Source: Desulfobacteraceae bacterium (GTDB lineage Bacteria > Desulfobacterota > DSM-4660 > Desulfatiglandales > Desulfatiglandaceae). Taken from it: 27,461 nucleotides of DNA. The stretch spans positions 1 through 27,461 of the forward strand of contig JAUUVE010000001.1 of NCBI GenBank assembly GCA_030589715.1, in the 5' to 3' direction. Shown here in pieces: positions 8,312-17,296 of this stretch (position 1 is the stretch's first letter; the number at the start of each line of letters is the position of its first letter). The notes below the pieces were generated by a model, which saw only the letters and a program-made list of their open reading frames with translations, searched no databases and was not told where the DNA came from. The position numbers and the translations under genes were made by a program.

Positions 8312-8850
8312 ACGCTGTGACAGATCCGCCCATTGTCTCTATTGTTGGTCCGTCGGGTGTTGGGAAAACCACCCTGCTGGAAAAGCTGATCCCAGAGCTA
8401 ACCGGACGGGGATACAGAGTGGGAACCGTCAAGCATGATGTCCACGGCTTTGAAATGGATCGGCCCGGAAAGGATAGCTACCGTCATAAACATGCAGGAG
8501 CCCAGGTGACAATAATTTCATCCCCCAACCAGATCGGTGTGCTCATGGATGTGGACCATGATTACCATTTGGACGAGCTGCGGAGGTTCTTCTCAAATAT
8601 GGACATAGTCCTGACGGAGGGTTATAAGAGACAGAGGAGGCCAAAGGTAGAGGTTTTCAGACCTGAAGTCCATGGAGAGCTGCTCTGTAAAGCGGACGAT
8701 CAGTTGCTTGCCCTAGTTAGCAATGTGGAGGTCGATACAGGGGCACCTTTGTTTTCCATGGACGATACCAAGGGGCTGGCTGATTTTTTGATTGGCCATT
8801 TCAAGCTTATCCCGGGTTTACAGCCACGACACGGGGAAAGCGTCGCATGA
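8308..8850 (+). CDS. mobB: Molybdopterin-guanine dinucleotide biosynthesis protein B
   Basis: Walker A GPSGVGKTT, TVKHDVHGF.D..GKDS.RH..AGA, EGYK. GTGA overlap with modE. Confidence 0.93.
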   Translation: MNAVTDPPIVSIVGPSGVGKTTLLEKLIPELTGRGYRVGTVKHDVHGFEMDRPGKDSYRHKHAGAQVTIISSPNQIGVLMDVDHDYHLDELRRFFSNMDIVLTEGYKRQRRPKVEVFRPEVHGELLCKADDQLLALVSNVEVDTGAPLFSMDDTKGLADFLIGHFKLIPGLQPRHGESVA

Positions 8851-9157
8851 CCACCGTGTTTTGTTGCCAGGCCCAATATTTCCAGGTTTTTCTTTGACCA
8901 TTTGCGGAATATGATATCATGAATATGCCCTTTGCTCTAAATTATTGCTTGAAAGCGGATGTCCGGAGATATAAATAGAGGTCATGCAGCAGACGTTAAA
9001 TTGGTGCAAAAGTGCAACGTGATTGTTGATTTCAATGGATTGTAAGGTGCGTGCTCAGCAACAAGTGGCCGTAACAAGTCACCCTCGTAAGTGGGAGGGT
9101 TGGGGGGGTGGGATTTCCCCGTAAGGTTTCTGAACGTAAAGTGAGATAAGAGGTGAT

Positions 9158-9967
9158 ATGATAATAGGCATCCCCTTTGTCACTCAAATTCCGGTCGGCG
9201 CCTCAATGGAAAGGGCCTTTGGTCATGATATCGTCCAGATGATCGTACATGCCGGCCCTATGGTCAAGTTTGTATTACTGGTTCTATTGCTGTTTTCCGT
9301 CATATCTTGGGCCATTATCTTCATGAAGTGGAGACTATTTCGTAAGGCAAAGGCTGAGACAGAATACTTCTTAGAGGTTTTTTGGGAGAGCAGGGACCTA
9401 AAGAAGATCTATTTGGCCAGTAAGGATCTGGGATTCAGCCCGGTCGGAAGGCTCTTCAAGGCAGGGTATGCGGAATTTGACCGGCTCCGAAAGATCCAGG
9501 CATCTCCTGATTCAGAGGAACGCAAAGGGTCCTCTGCGCAGCATTCCTCTCGCTCAAGTGAGGTGGGCAGTGAGGAGTTCACACATTCCCATCAGGCCAT
9601 CATCAACAATCTGGAAAGGTCGCTAAAGAGATCGAACATTGACCAAAGCAACAAACTGGAGCGGGCCCTTAGTTTTCTGGCCACCACGGGAAATACTACC
9701 CCTTTCATTGGCCTCTTCGGTACGGTCTGGGGGATCATGACGTCATTTCGGGGGATAGGGCTAAAGGGTTCAGCCAGCTTGGCCGTGGTGGCCCCGGGGA
9801 TCTCCGAAGCCCTCATCGCCACCGCGGCAGGTCTGGCGGCTGCAATCCCAGCGGTGGTAGCATTCAATTCCTTCTCCAATAGGATTTCGGGTTTCAGGGC
9901 AGAGATGGATATCTTCACATCCGAATTCTTGAGCATAATAGAAAGGCAGTTTTTAAAGGGGAGATGA
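9158..9967 (+). CDS. tolQ: TolQ (MotA/TolQ/ExbB proton channel)
   Basis: FLATTGNTTPFIGLFGTVWGIM and PGISEALIATAAGLAAAIPAV. First gene of the tol-pal cluster. Confidence 0.93.
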   Translation: MIIGIPFVTQIPVGASMERAFGHDIVQMIVHAGPMVKFVLLVLLLFSVISWAIIFMKWRLFRKAKAETEYFLEVFWESRDLKKIYLASKDLGFSPVGRLFKAGYAEFDRLRKIQASPDSEERKGSSAQHSSRSSEVGSEEFTHSHQAIINNLERSLKRSNIDQSNKLERALSFLATTGNTTPFIGLFGTVWGIMTSFRGIGLKGSASLAVVAPGISEALIATAAGLAAAIPAVVAFNSFSNRISGFRAEMDIFTSEFLSIIERQFLKGR

Positions 9968-9974
9968 TTGCACG

Positions 9975-10036
9975 AGGCTAATAGGCACAAGGCTAAAGGC
10001 ACAAGACCTTGCGCCCTGAGCCTTACGCCTTGCGCC
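9975..10036. repeat. Inverted pair of heptamer tandem arrays between tolQ and tolR
   Basis: aggctaa/taggcac/aaggcta/aaggcac followed by complementary ccttgcg/ccctgag/ccttacg/ccttgcg units. Confidence 0.7.
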
Positions 10037-10117
10037 GGCGGTTGATCGCAAGAAAGAACGCAAAAGCAGAAGCGTGTCATACCTCACTTTATCTTAAAAA
10101 GTATATCTGAGTTTGCC

Positions 10118-10522
10118 ATGAACTACGGGGGGAACAACAGACGTCTCATGTCGGATATCAACGTCACGCCATTTGTGGACGTGATGTTGGTGCTCCTAAT
10201 CATCTTTATGGTGACTGTCCCTATGATGATGCAGGGCGTGGAGGTGAATCTCCCTAAGACCACCACCAAGAATATCAAGACGCGCGAGGAGCCGTTGATC
10301 CTGACCATCAATAAGAAGAAGGAGATCTTCTTAGAAGAGCACCGGATCAAGTTGGATGGGTTGGAGAGAAAGATCACAAAGATCTTTGAGAATCGGAAAG
10401 AAAAGGAGATCCTGTTGAGGGCCGATAAGGATGTCCCTTACGGATTTGTGATCAAGGTGGTCGCGAAGATAAAGAGGTCTGGCATAGACAAGCTTGGAAT
10501 GGTCACTGAGCCTTTGGACTGA
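10118..10522 (+). CDS. tolR: TolR (ExbD/TolR family)
   Basis: SDINVTPFVDVMLVLLIIFMVT with the conserved Asp. LRADKDVPYG. Confidence 0.93.
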   Translation: MNYGGNNRRLMSDINVTPFVDVMLVLLIIFMVTVPMMMQGVEVNLPKTTTKNIKTREEPLILTINKKKEIFLEEHRIKLDGLERKITKIFENRKEKEILLRADKDVPYGFVIKVVAKIKRSGIDKLGMVTEPLD

Positions 10523-10527
10523 TTCCT

Positions 10528-11343
10528 ATGGAAGCCTTACGGGTTGAGTCCAGTTCCAATGATTTAATGGCGCCAAGATGGAGAAAGGTCCTCATCCTTT
10601 CCTTTCTCTTTCACCTGGCCATTTTTTCAATAATTTTATTCGCCCCGGAGCCCATGTCCACTAGGAGGATTAGTGGGGCGATCTATGAAGTCAATCTGGT
10701 GGAGATGCCGAGGGTGAAACAGGCGGCTGTTCGGCCTGGTTCCAAGGCAAAGGCCAAAAAGAGGCTGACGGTTTCAAAAAGGTCCACTCCAGCCAAGCGG
10801 ATCAGCAGGAGTGAAAAGAAGGAAGCCCCGGTTGTCATCGGAAAAAAGGTCATAAAGAGGAAGCGCCGCAGGGTCAAGACAAGGCCCTCCAAGCTGATAG
10901 ACCAGGCAGTGGCTAAGATCGAAAGGAAGGTCAAGGCAGAGAAGAGTGATCATGTCGGGCAGGCCATCTCCAAGCTACAGACCCGACTAAAAAGGGGGGG
11001 TGGAAAAGAGCCCAAAGGAGATTATGCGGATAATGGAATCAGCATTCGGATATACCAGATGGAGGTGGAACGAAAGATCAAGAGTAACTGGTCTTACGCC
11101 GTGGCACTCCTTGGCCCCGAAAGCCGGAAGGCCCTTGAAGCCATTGTGGTGGTCAAGGTCAAGAGCAACGGGAAGATCTTGAAATTTTGGGTCAAGGAAC
11201 GGTCATCCAATGTCATGTTTGATCAATCGGTCATAAAGGCTGTTGAGCGATCAGATCCCCTACCACCCTTTCCGGAGGGTTATAGGAGGACCCATGACGA
11301 AATCGAAATCAACTTTAATCTAAGCGAATTGGAAGGATATTAG
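10528..11343 (+). CDS. tolA: TolA/TonB-family energy transducer, 271 aa
   Basis: N-terminal TM helix with S..FH motif, Lys/Arg-rich linker, C-terminal IKSNW..SSNVMFDQSVIKAVERSDPLP. Located between tolR and tolB. Confidence 0.82.
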   Translation: MEALRVESSSNDLMAPRWRKVLILSFLFHLAIFSIILFAPEPMSTRRISGAIYEVNLVEMPRVKQAAVRPGSKAKAKKRLTVSKRSTPAKRISRSEKKEAPVVIGKKVIKRKRRRVKTRPSKLIDQAVAKIERKVKAEKSDHVGQAISKLQTRLKRGGGKEPKGDYADNGISIRIYQMEVERKIKSNWSYAVALLGPESRKALEAIVVVKVKSNGKILKFWVKERSSNVMFDQSVIKAVERSDPLPPFPEGYRRTHDEIEINFNLSELEGY

Positions 11344-11366
11344 ATAGCTCGGAGGTCTTAGGTCAC

Positions 11367-12704
11367 ATGGGTTCGAAGTCAATGTTTTTCTTTTTGGGCA
11401 GAGTTAGCGCCTCCTTATTTGTCTGGATGGGGCTCCTTTTCTTCACCCTTCTTTCGGTGCCAGAGCAATGTCTTGGTCGGATCTATATTGATATCAACGC
11501 ACCCTCCATCCCCAAATTCAATATTGCCATCCCCGATTTCAAAAACCTAAACGAGAATAAGGAACACCCCGAACTGGCACAGAAATTGGCAGGGGTCCTA
11601 TCGAACGATCTGTATCTTAGTGGCTATTTCAACCCGATGGACAAAGGGGCCTTCTTGGAAGAGAAGGGTGCCCCCATGACCGCAGAAGGTATTCGATTCA
11701 AGGACTGGTCGGTCATAGGTGCGGAACTGCTTCTAAAGGGTGGATATACCTGCATTGGGAGTCGAGTAGAAGTGGTAGTCAGGCTGTTCGATGTATTTTG
11801 GGGCCGCCAGATCCTGGGCAGGAGGGCCTTGGGAGAGCTGCGCCAGTATCGTCATGTGATGCACCGGCTTTCAAATGAGATCATACGGAAATTGACCGGA
11901 CAGGATGGCATCTTTCTCACAAAACTTGCATTTGTGGGAAATGCGACAGGGAATAAAGAGATATATGTAAGCGATTATGACGGTCATAATGTCCGACAAA
12001 TAACCTCGGATAAGAGTATCGCCCTTCTGCCGAGTTGGTCGCCTGATGGGAAAAAACTCGTATATAACTCCTATAAAGATGGGGGGCCCATGCTCTATTT
12101 AAAGGATATGGCCTCTGGGGCTGTCACACGAATTTCCAGCAGATCAGGCCTAAATATTGGCGCATGCTGGGCCCCTAATGGTAAGGAGTTGGCCCTGACC
12201 TTGAGCCGCAAGGGAAATTCAGATATATTTACCATTAATCTTAAAGGAGAGATCTTGAAACACCTTATCAACCATTGGGCCCTTGATGTTTCACCAACCT
12301 TTTCGCCGGACGTGACAAAGATTGCGTTTGTCTCAAACCGATCCGGATCACCCCAGATCTATACATTGGATCTGACCAATGGAAGAAAGGAGAGACTTAC
12401 CTTCGAAGGAAACTACAACACATCCCCTGCCTGGTCTTCTCAGAACCGGATCGCATTTACATCCTTGGAGGATGGGGCCTTTGACATTTACACCATGGAT
12501 CTGGAAGGGGGTATGCAAAAGAGGCTTACGGAAGGCCAGAGAAATAACGAGTCCCCTTGCTGGTCTCCTGATGGAAGGTATATCGTATTCAGTTCTAACA
12601 GAGAAGGCCGATACCACCTCTATATCATGAATGCCAACGGAGGGGACCAAATAAGGATTACTTCCTTGAAGGGAGATCAGACCAGCCCATCATGGGCCCC
12701 GTGA
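11367..12704 (+). CDS. tolB: TolB beta-propeller protein
   Basis: Signal-like N-terminus, IAIPDF, then repeated PD40 motifs (PSWSPDG, PTFSPD, PAWS, PCWSPDG, PSWAP). Confidence 0.95.
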   Translation: MGSKSMFFFLGRVSASLFVWMGLLFFTLLSVPEQCLGRIYIDINAPSIPKFNIAIPDFKNLNENKEHPELAQKLAGVLSNDLYLSGYFNPMDKGAFLEEKGAPMTAEGIRFKDWSVIGAELLLKGGYTCIGSRVEVVVRLFDVFWGRQILGRRALGELRQYRHVMHRLSNEIIRKLTGQDGIFLTKLAFVGNATGNKEIYVSDYDGHNVRQITSDKSIALLPSWSPDGKKLVYNSYKDGGPMLYLKDMASGAVTRISSRSGLNIGACWAPNGKELALTLSRKGNSDIFTINLKGEILKHLINHWALDVSPTFSPDVTKIAFVSNRSGSPQIYTLDLTNGRKERLTFEGNYNTSPAWSSQNRIAFTSLEDGAFDIYTMDLEGGMQKRLTEGQRNNESPCWSPDGRYIVFSSNREGRYHLYIMNANGGDQIRITSLKGDQTSPSWAP

Positions 12705-12809
12705 GAAAGGATAGCTGGTGTCTCACAGGCCAGGCCGCCGAAGAGAGGCTATTCTGTCACTTCCTGCTCAAGGTGACTGGAAAATTCCAAGATATACTTA
12801 CTTAAACCC

Positions 12810-12838
12810 TTGCAATAATGTAGGTCAAATGGTATAAG
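12810..12838 (+). promoter_or_regulatory. Putative sigma70 promoter upstream of pal
   Basis: TTGCAA-N17-TATAAG. A second TTGCAA at 12872 with TATATA 18 nt later. Confidence 0.5.
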
Positions 12839-13009
12839 ACAAATTTATCTGGAGGGCAGAGGTGTTTTCCCTTGCAAAAGGTGGTGGTTTTTGGTTATAT
12901 AAACATTTATTTAGAGATGATGGAGCGAAGAGGTAAATTTGTTTGCACCCGTTAGATTTTCTGTATTGTTTACAGGGCAAAAACCCATAACTCAGGAGGT
13001 AAGGGAAGT

Positions 13010-13609
13010 ATGAAAAAAAGAATGGTATGTGGCTTGATAGCCTTGGCCTTTGTCTGCTCATCCCTCTTTATTATGACATCCTGTGCAAAAAAACAGATAG
13101 GTGTTTCAGAGAGAGTTGAGAAACCCGTTATTGTGGAAGAGGAAAAGGTTGTAGTAGTAGAGGAGGAAGAAAAGGCGCCTGTGGCCGAAGAAAAGGTAGT
13201 AGTTGTGGTGGAAGAGGAGAAGGCAGAGGCCGAACGAAGGGCGAAGGCAGAAATGTTGGCAGCGAAGATCCGTGAATTTGACACTGAAAATATCTACTTT
13301 GCTTTTGACAAATCGGATCTAAGGCCCAAGGCCCGGGCCACTTTGAAAAAAAAGGCGGCCTTTCTCCGTGGTGATTTTTCCTTTAGGGTCCTTATCGCGG
13401 GCAACTGCGACGAAAGAGGGACCGAGGCATACAACCTTGCCCTGGGTGAGAGAAGGGCCCATTCTGCCAAGAAATACCTTATGGCCTTGGGGATTTCAGG
13501 GGATCGTATTTCGACCGTGAGCTATGGTGAGGAACGACCAGCTGACCCCGCGCATACCCCTGCAGCCTGGGAATTGAACAGGCGGGATAACTTCACACTG
13601 CTAAGGTAA
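13010..13609 (+). CDS. pal: Peptidoglycan-associated lipoprotein Pal
   Basis: Lipobox MTSC, OmpA-like domain IYFAFDKS..GNCDERGT..YNLALGERRA..SYGEERP. AGGAGG upstream. Confidence 0.95.
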   Translation: MKKRMVCGLIALAFVCSSLFIMTSCAKKQIGVSERVEKPVIVEEEKVVVVEEEEKAPVAEEKVVVVVEEEKAEAERRAKAEMLAAKIREFDTENIYFAFDKSDLRPKARATLKKKAAFLRGDFSFRVLIAGNCDERGTEAYNLALGERRAHSAKKYLMALGISGDRISTVSYGEERPADPAHTPAAWELNRRDNFTLLR

Positions 13610-13670
13610 GATCGTGACTGATTGATTCTTTCCTTTGCCAGCGATAGCCAACGCGGTGTTAGTAGACAAA

Positions 13671-13703
13671 GCGAGCCGGCCTGTTTTTTGGGTCGGCTCC
13701 GCT
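13671..13703 (+). terminator. Hairpin with T-tract between pal and cpoB
   Basis: gcgagccggcc...ggtcggctccgc followed by tacttttt. Confidence 0.45.
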
Positions 13704-13724
13704 ACTTTTTAACAGAGTAATGGG

Positions 13725-14663
13725 ATGGTAGTATCTATTTTGAGCAAGAAAAACCTTGGAAGAGTGGGATTATTTTTTGTAATCCTGCTGCTCACCTCCT
13801 GTGTTACCACCAGGGAAGAATTCCTGTATCTGAACGACCAGGTCATCTCCCTTAACAAAAGGGTGAACAGCCTCCAAGAATCGGTGGGTCAGGATCTTGA
13901 AAAGGAGCTTGATTCGAGATTTCAATCGGTGCGCAACAAGCAAGGCGAAATTTACTCGGGCCTGGATTCGGTCCGTGACAGGCAGGCAGAAAATGTTGCG
14001 GAAATGGACAGAGTCAGGATCCAAATGCAGGCCCTCACGGGTCGTGTGGAAGAGAACAGTCATTTAGTCAAACGTACCGTGGAGAGGGACACCACTGAGC
14101 AGGATGAGATGAAGAGGAGCCTGACTGAGCTCATCCAGAGGTTTGATAAGCTTGAAGCAAGTGTGAAGCACCTTAGTAGCTACCTGGGCCTCGAACCGGG
14201 GGGAAGTGTTGTAAAACAAGATCTGGAGAAATCCCCCAAGGAGGTCAAGGCGTATACGCCCCGGCCCCCGGTGGTTGCAAAGAAGCCCGTGTCTCCCGAA
14301 AAGAGGCTCTATGAGCTGACACTCAAACACTTTTCTGAGGGGAAATATGAGGAAGCTATCGAGGGCTTTAGGAACTTTCTCAAGAAGTACCCGAAGTCAG
14401 ACCTGGCTGATAATGCCCAATTCTGGATTGGGGAATCCTACATGTCCCTGAAGCAGTATGAGCAAGCCATTTTGGCCTACCAGGGGGTGATAAAAAAGTA
14501 TCCCAAAGGTAACAAGATGCCCAATGCAATGCTTCGTCAGGCACAGGCCTTTTATGAGATAAAGGACAAGATTAGTGCAAAGATATTGCTCAAGAAGATC
14601 ATCAAGAAATATCCCAAGTCGAGCGAGGCAAAGATTGCCAAGACAAGGCTCAAGAAAATGTGA
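13725..14663 (+). CDS. cpoB: Tol-Pal system protein CpoB/YbgF (coiled coil + TPR)
   Basis: Lipobox-like LTSC, long coiled coil, TPR motifs FLKKYPKSDLADNAQFWIGE and YPKGNKMPNAMLRQ. Follows pal. Confidence 0.92.
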   Translation: MVVSILSKKNLGRVGLFFVILLLTSCVTTREEFLYLNDQVISLNKRVNSLQESVGQDLEKELDSRFQSVRNKQGEIYSGLDSVRDRQAENVAEMDRVRIQMQALTGRVEENSHLVKRTVERDTTEQDEMKRSLTELIQRFDKLEASVKHLSSYLGLEPGGSVVKQDLEKSPKEVKAYTPRPPVVAKKPVSPEKRLYELTLKHFSEGKYEEAIEGFRNFLKKYPKSDLADNAQFWIGESYMSLKQYEQAILAYQGVIKKYPKGNKMPNAMLRQAQAFYEIKDKISAKILLKKIIKKYPKSSEAKIAKTRLKKM

Positions 14664-14730
14664 TAGGTTATCCTGGAGGCCATAGGGGATTACTCCCCTG
14701 GCTCCCGTCTGAGTATCCCACCTGATAGAA

Positions 14731-16482
14731 GTGAACCCGCAATCTCCCCAAAGGCGTCTGACACCACAACTAAAGAGCAGCGAACATACCACGATGGCCA
14801 TACTTGCCCTGATCACAGGGCTTGGCGGTGGATTTGGGGCCGTCGGTTTTCGGCATCTCATAGATCTTTTTCAGACCATCTCTTATGGGTCACCTGACAA
14901 TCTACTTGACGTGATTCAATCGACGCCATGGTATTTGCGGATCGTGATTCCTGCTCTCGGTGGATTGGTGATAGGGCCTATTGTCTATTTTCTGGCCAGA
15001 GAGGCCAAAGGACACGGTGTACCAGAGGTTATGGAGGCCGTTGCCCTGAGGAGCGGGGTAATAAGGAAGCGGATCGTCTTTATAAAGACCGTGGTATCCG
15101 GGGTCTGTATAGCTACCGGGGGCTCTGTTGGAAGGGAGGGGCCGATAGTTCAAATAGGGTCGGCACTTGGATCCACCATAGGACAGCTCCTTAAGGTCTC
15201 GGGTGATCGGATAAGGACCCTGGTGGGCTGTGGTGCCGCTGCCGGGATCGCTGCCACCTTTAATGCCCCCATTGCCGGTTCCATGTTTGCCCTTGAGATC
15301 ATCCTAGGGGACTTTGGTCTGGCCACATTTAGTCCCATTGTGATCTCTGCTGTTGTGGCAACCGCTGTTTCCCGCTACTACCTCGGGGATTTCCCTGCCT
15401 TTATTGTCCCTGCCTACGAATTGGTCAGTGCCTGGGAATTGCCCATGTATGTGGTGTTGGGTCTTTTTTGCGCCTTAGTGGCCGTGGGTTTTATAATCCT
15501 ACTTTATCGTTTCGAAGATATATTCGAGGCCCTGAGATTTCCAGAATATCTAAAGGCTGTCCTGGGAGGATTGATCCTTGGTACTATGGGGCTCCTTTTT
15601 CCCCAGGTCTTGGGTATAGGCTATGGAACCATAGATCTATCCCTTATGGTGCAGCTCTCTTGGTGGCTCATGCTCCTTTTGGTCCCATGTAAGATCGCGG
15701 CCACATCCATCACCATCGGTTCAGGTGGTTCAGGTGGTATTTTTGCCCCCTCCCTTTTCATGGGGGCCATGGCAGGGGGGTTTTTGGGAACCATAGTCCA
15801 CGATATTTTTCCCGCAACGACAGCCTCTCCCGGGGCATACAGTATCGTGGGCATGGGCGCCGTGGTGAGTGCAACCACCCATGGCCCAATAACTGCCATA
15901 TTGATGCTCTTCGAGATGACCGGTGATTATAAGATTATCCTTCCACTCATGATTGCATGTATAATAAGCTCGGTGGCCGGGGGGCAGTTATTGAGGGAGT
16001 CCATTTACACATTGAAGCTGGTAAGGAGGGGAGTGGAGATAAGGGCCGGAAAAGAGGTCAACGTCCTCAGGTCAATGAGTGTAAAGGATGTAATGAATCC
16101 CCAGGTAGAAACAGTACCTGATGACTTGAGCCTTGGAAAACTTGCCCAAAAGATAGCCAAGAGCAAATATAACAGCTTTCCTGTTCTCGATGAGGAGGGC
16201 CGTTTGACGGGTATTCTCTCATTCTTGGACTACCGTGATGCCGCCTTTGATGAGAATCTAAGGGATCTGGTGGTGGCCAAGGATCTTGCCACTACCGATC
16301 TTGTTACCGTATCACTGGATGATAATCTCTATGATGCCTTGGAAAGGATCACGTTGAAGGATTTCTCTATCCTGCCCGTTGTCTCCCCGGATGATCGGTC
16401 AAAATTGTTGGGGGTCCTCTCTCGCAGGGATATTATCGGGGCCTATGACAAGGCCGTGGTGAAGAAATCACTATTCACCTGA
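14731..16482 (+). CDS. CLC-family chloride channel/transporter with tandem CBS domains
   Basis: GHGVP, GREGP, GIFAP, LFEMT motifs and C-terminal CBS pair. Start may be ATG 14794. Confidence 0.93.
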   Translation: MNPQSPQRRLTPQLKSSEHTTMAILALITGLGGGFGAVGFRHLIDLFQTISYGSPDNLLDVIQSTPWYLRIVIPALGGLVIGPIVYFLAREAKGHGVPEVMEAVALRSGVIRKRIVFIKTVVSGVCIATGGSVGREGPIVQIGSALGSTIGQLLKVSGDRIRTLVGCGAAAGIAATFNAPIAGSMFALEIILGDFGLATFSPIVISAVVATAVSRYYLGDFPAFIVPAYELVSAWELPMYVVLGLFCALVAVGFIILLYRFEDIFEALRFPEYLKAVLGGLILGTMGLLFPQVLGIGYGTIDLSLMVQLSWWLMLLLVPCKIAATSITIGSGGSGGIFAPSLFMGAMAGGFLGTIVHDIFPATTASPGAYSIVGMGAVVSATTHGPITAILMLFEMTGDYKIILPLMIACIISSVAGGQLLRESIYTLKLVRRGVEIRAGKEVNVLRSMSVKDVMNPQVETVPDDLSLGKLAQKIAKSKYNSFPVLDEEGRLTGILSFLDYRDAAFDENLRDLVVAKDLATTDLVTVSLDDNLYDALERITLKDFSILPVVSPDDRSKLLGVLSRRDIIGAYDKAVVKKSLFT

Positions 16483-16576
16483 TCCTCTTCATCCTGAGGG
16501 GGTTCCTACAGATTCCAGGCCTCTCCCTCATGGCCTTTCGCCAGCAACTGATCAGTAGCTCCCCATATTTGAGTTT

Positions 16577-16595
16577 TCCCCCTTTAAAAAGGGGA
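16577..16595. repeat. CCCCCTTT-AAAGGGG palindrome (terminator/REP-like)
   Basis: tccccctttaaaaagggga downstream of the CLC gene. Confidence 0.4.
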
Positions 16596-16644
16596 TAACC
16601 CAACCCTTTTCGTGTTAAGACGAAATTTGGTATTTACCAGTCCT

Positions 16645-16778
16645 TGATGCGCTCGTAAAAAGTCCTTTTTGTGAGCAATCGTGGATTCAGGGATTTAGGA
16701 ATTGTGAATTATTTCCATCAGGTACACGTCGGGCCATTACCCATGCAATTAGATTTTCGAGTTTTTACAAGACCATCA
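16645..16778. mobile_element. 134-bp MITE, copy 1
   Basis: TIRs tgatgcgctcgtaaaaagtc vs tgatggtcttgtaaaaactc (16/20). Same length as, and alignable along its length to, 20910-21043. Confidence 0.8.
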
Positions 16779-16936
16779 GCCCTTGGTACTGGACAAAGAT
16801 AGGGATAGGCAGATGGTTTACAGGGATTCACAGCTATTTCTTATGCTTAATTGATCAGAATCGAACTTGGAAAACTGCAATACAAATCAAATATAAGAAG
16901 TTAGGATATTTTAATTTATTATTAGCAGATTTTTTA

Positions 16937-16965
16937 TTGACTTTAATGTTCTTTGGTATTAGGGT
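16937..16965 (+). promoter_or_regulatory. Putative sigma70 promoter of the HTH gene
   Basis: TTGACT-N17-TAGGGT in an AT-rich region. Confidence 0.4.
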
Positions 16966-17033
16966 TAATCGTACAACATGGTTCAGCATGCAGGTGAACC
17001 TATCAAAGTAATCAAGGAATAGAGGAGTGCATT

Positions 17034-17222
17034 ATGCCAGAAATAATGACCACCAAAGAAATCGCGAAATATCTGAAATTACACGAGATTACCATATGCA
17101 AGTATGCGGCGGAAGGCAAGATTCCTGCGATACGGATCGGGAGGGTCTGGCGATTTGATAAAGAGGCCATTGACAAATGGATCGGTGGGGGCCAAAAAAA
17201 GGAAACCAAGAAAAAGAAATAA
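17034..17222 (+). CDS. Excisionase-type (HTH_17) DNA-binding protein, 62 aa
   Basis: MTTKEIAKYLKL...GKIPAIRIGRVWRFDKEAIDKWI. GAGGAG SD upstream. Confidence 0.88.
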   Translation: MPEIMTTKEIAKYLKLHEITICKYAAEGKIPAIRIGRVWRFDKEAIDKWIGGGQKKETKKKK

Positions 17223-17296
17223 TGATGGGGGTCTCCCCATACCTGATAATTTGGAAGTAAATCTCCTCGTTCAAAAGGCGTCTGCTTCGGGGATCC

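Noticed and set aside
14664-14793. Fluoride riboswitch / CLC-F assignment
   Set aside because: No GGCGATGG-type aptamer core, and the protein has GREGP rather than GREGT.
17034-17222. Prophage or ICE boundary at the excisionase-like gene
   Set aside because: No integrase, tRNA, att repeats or phage genes nearby.
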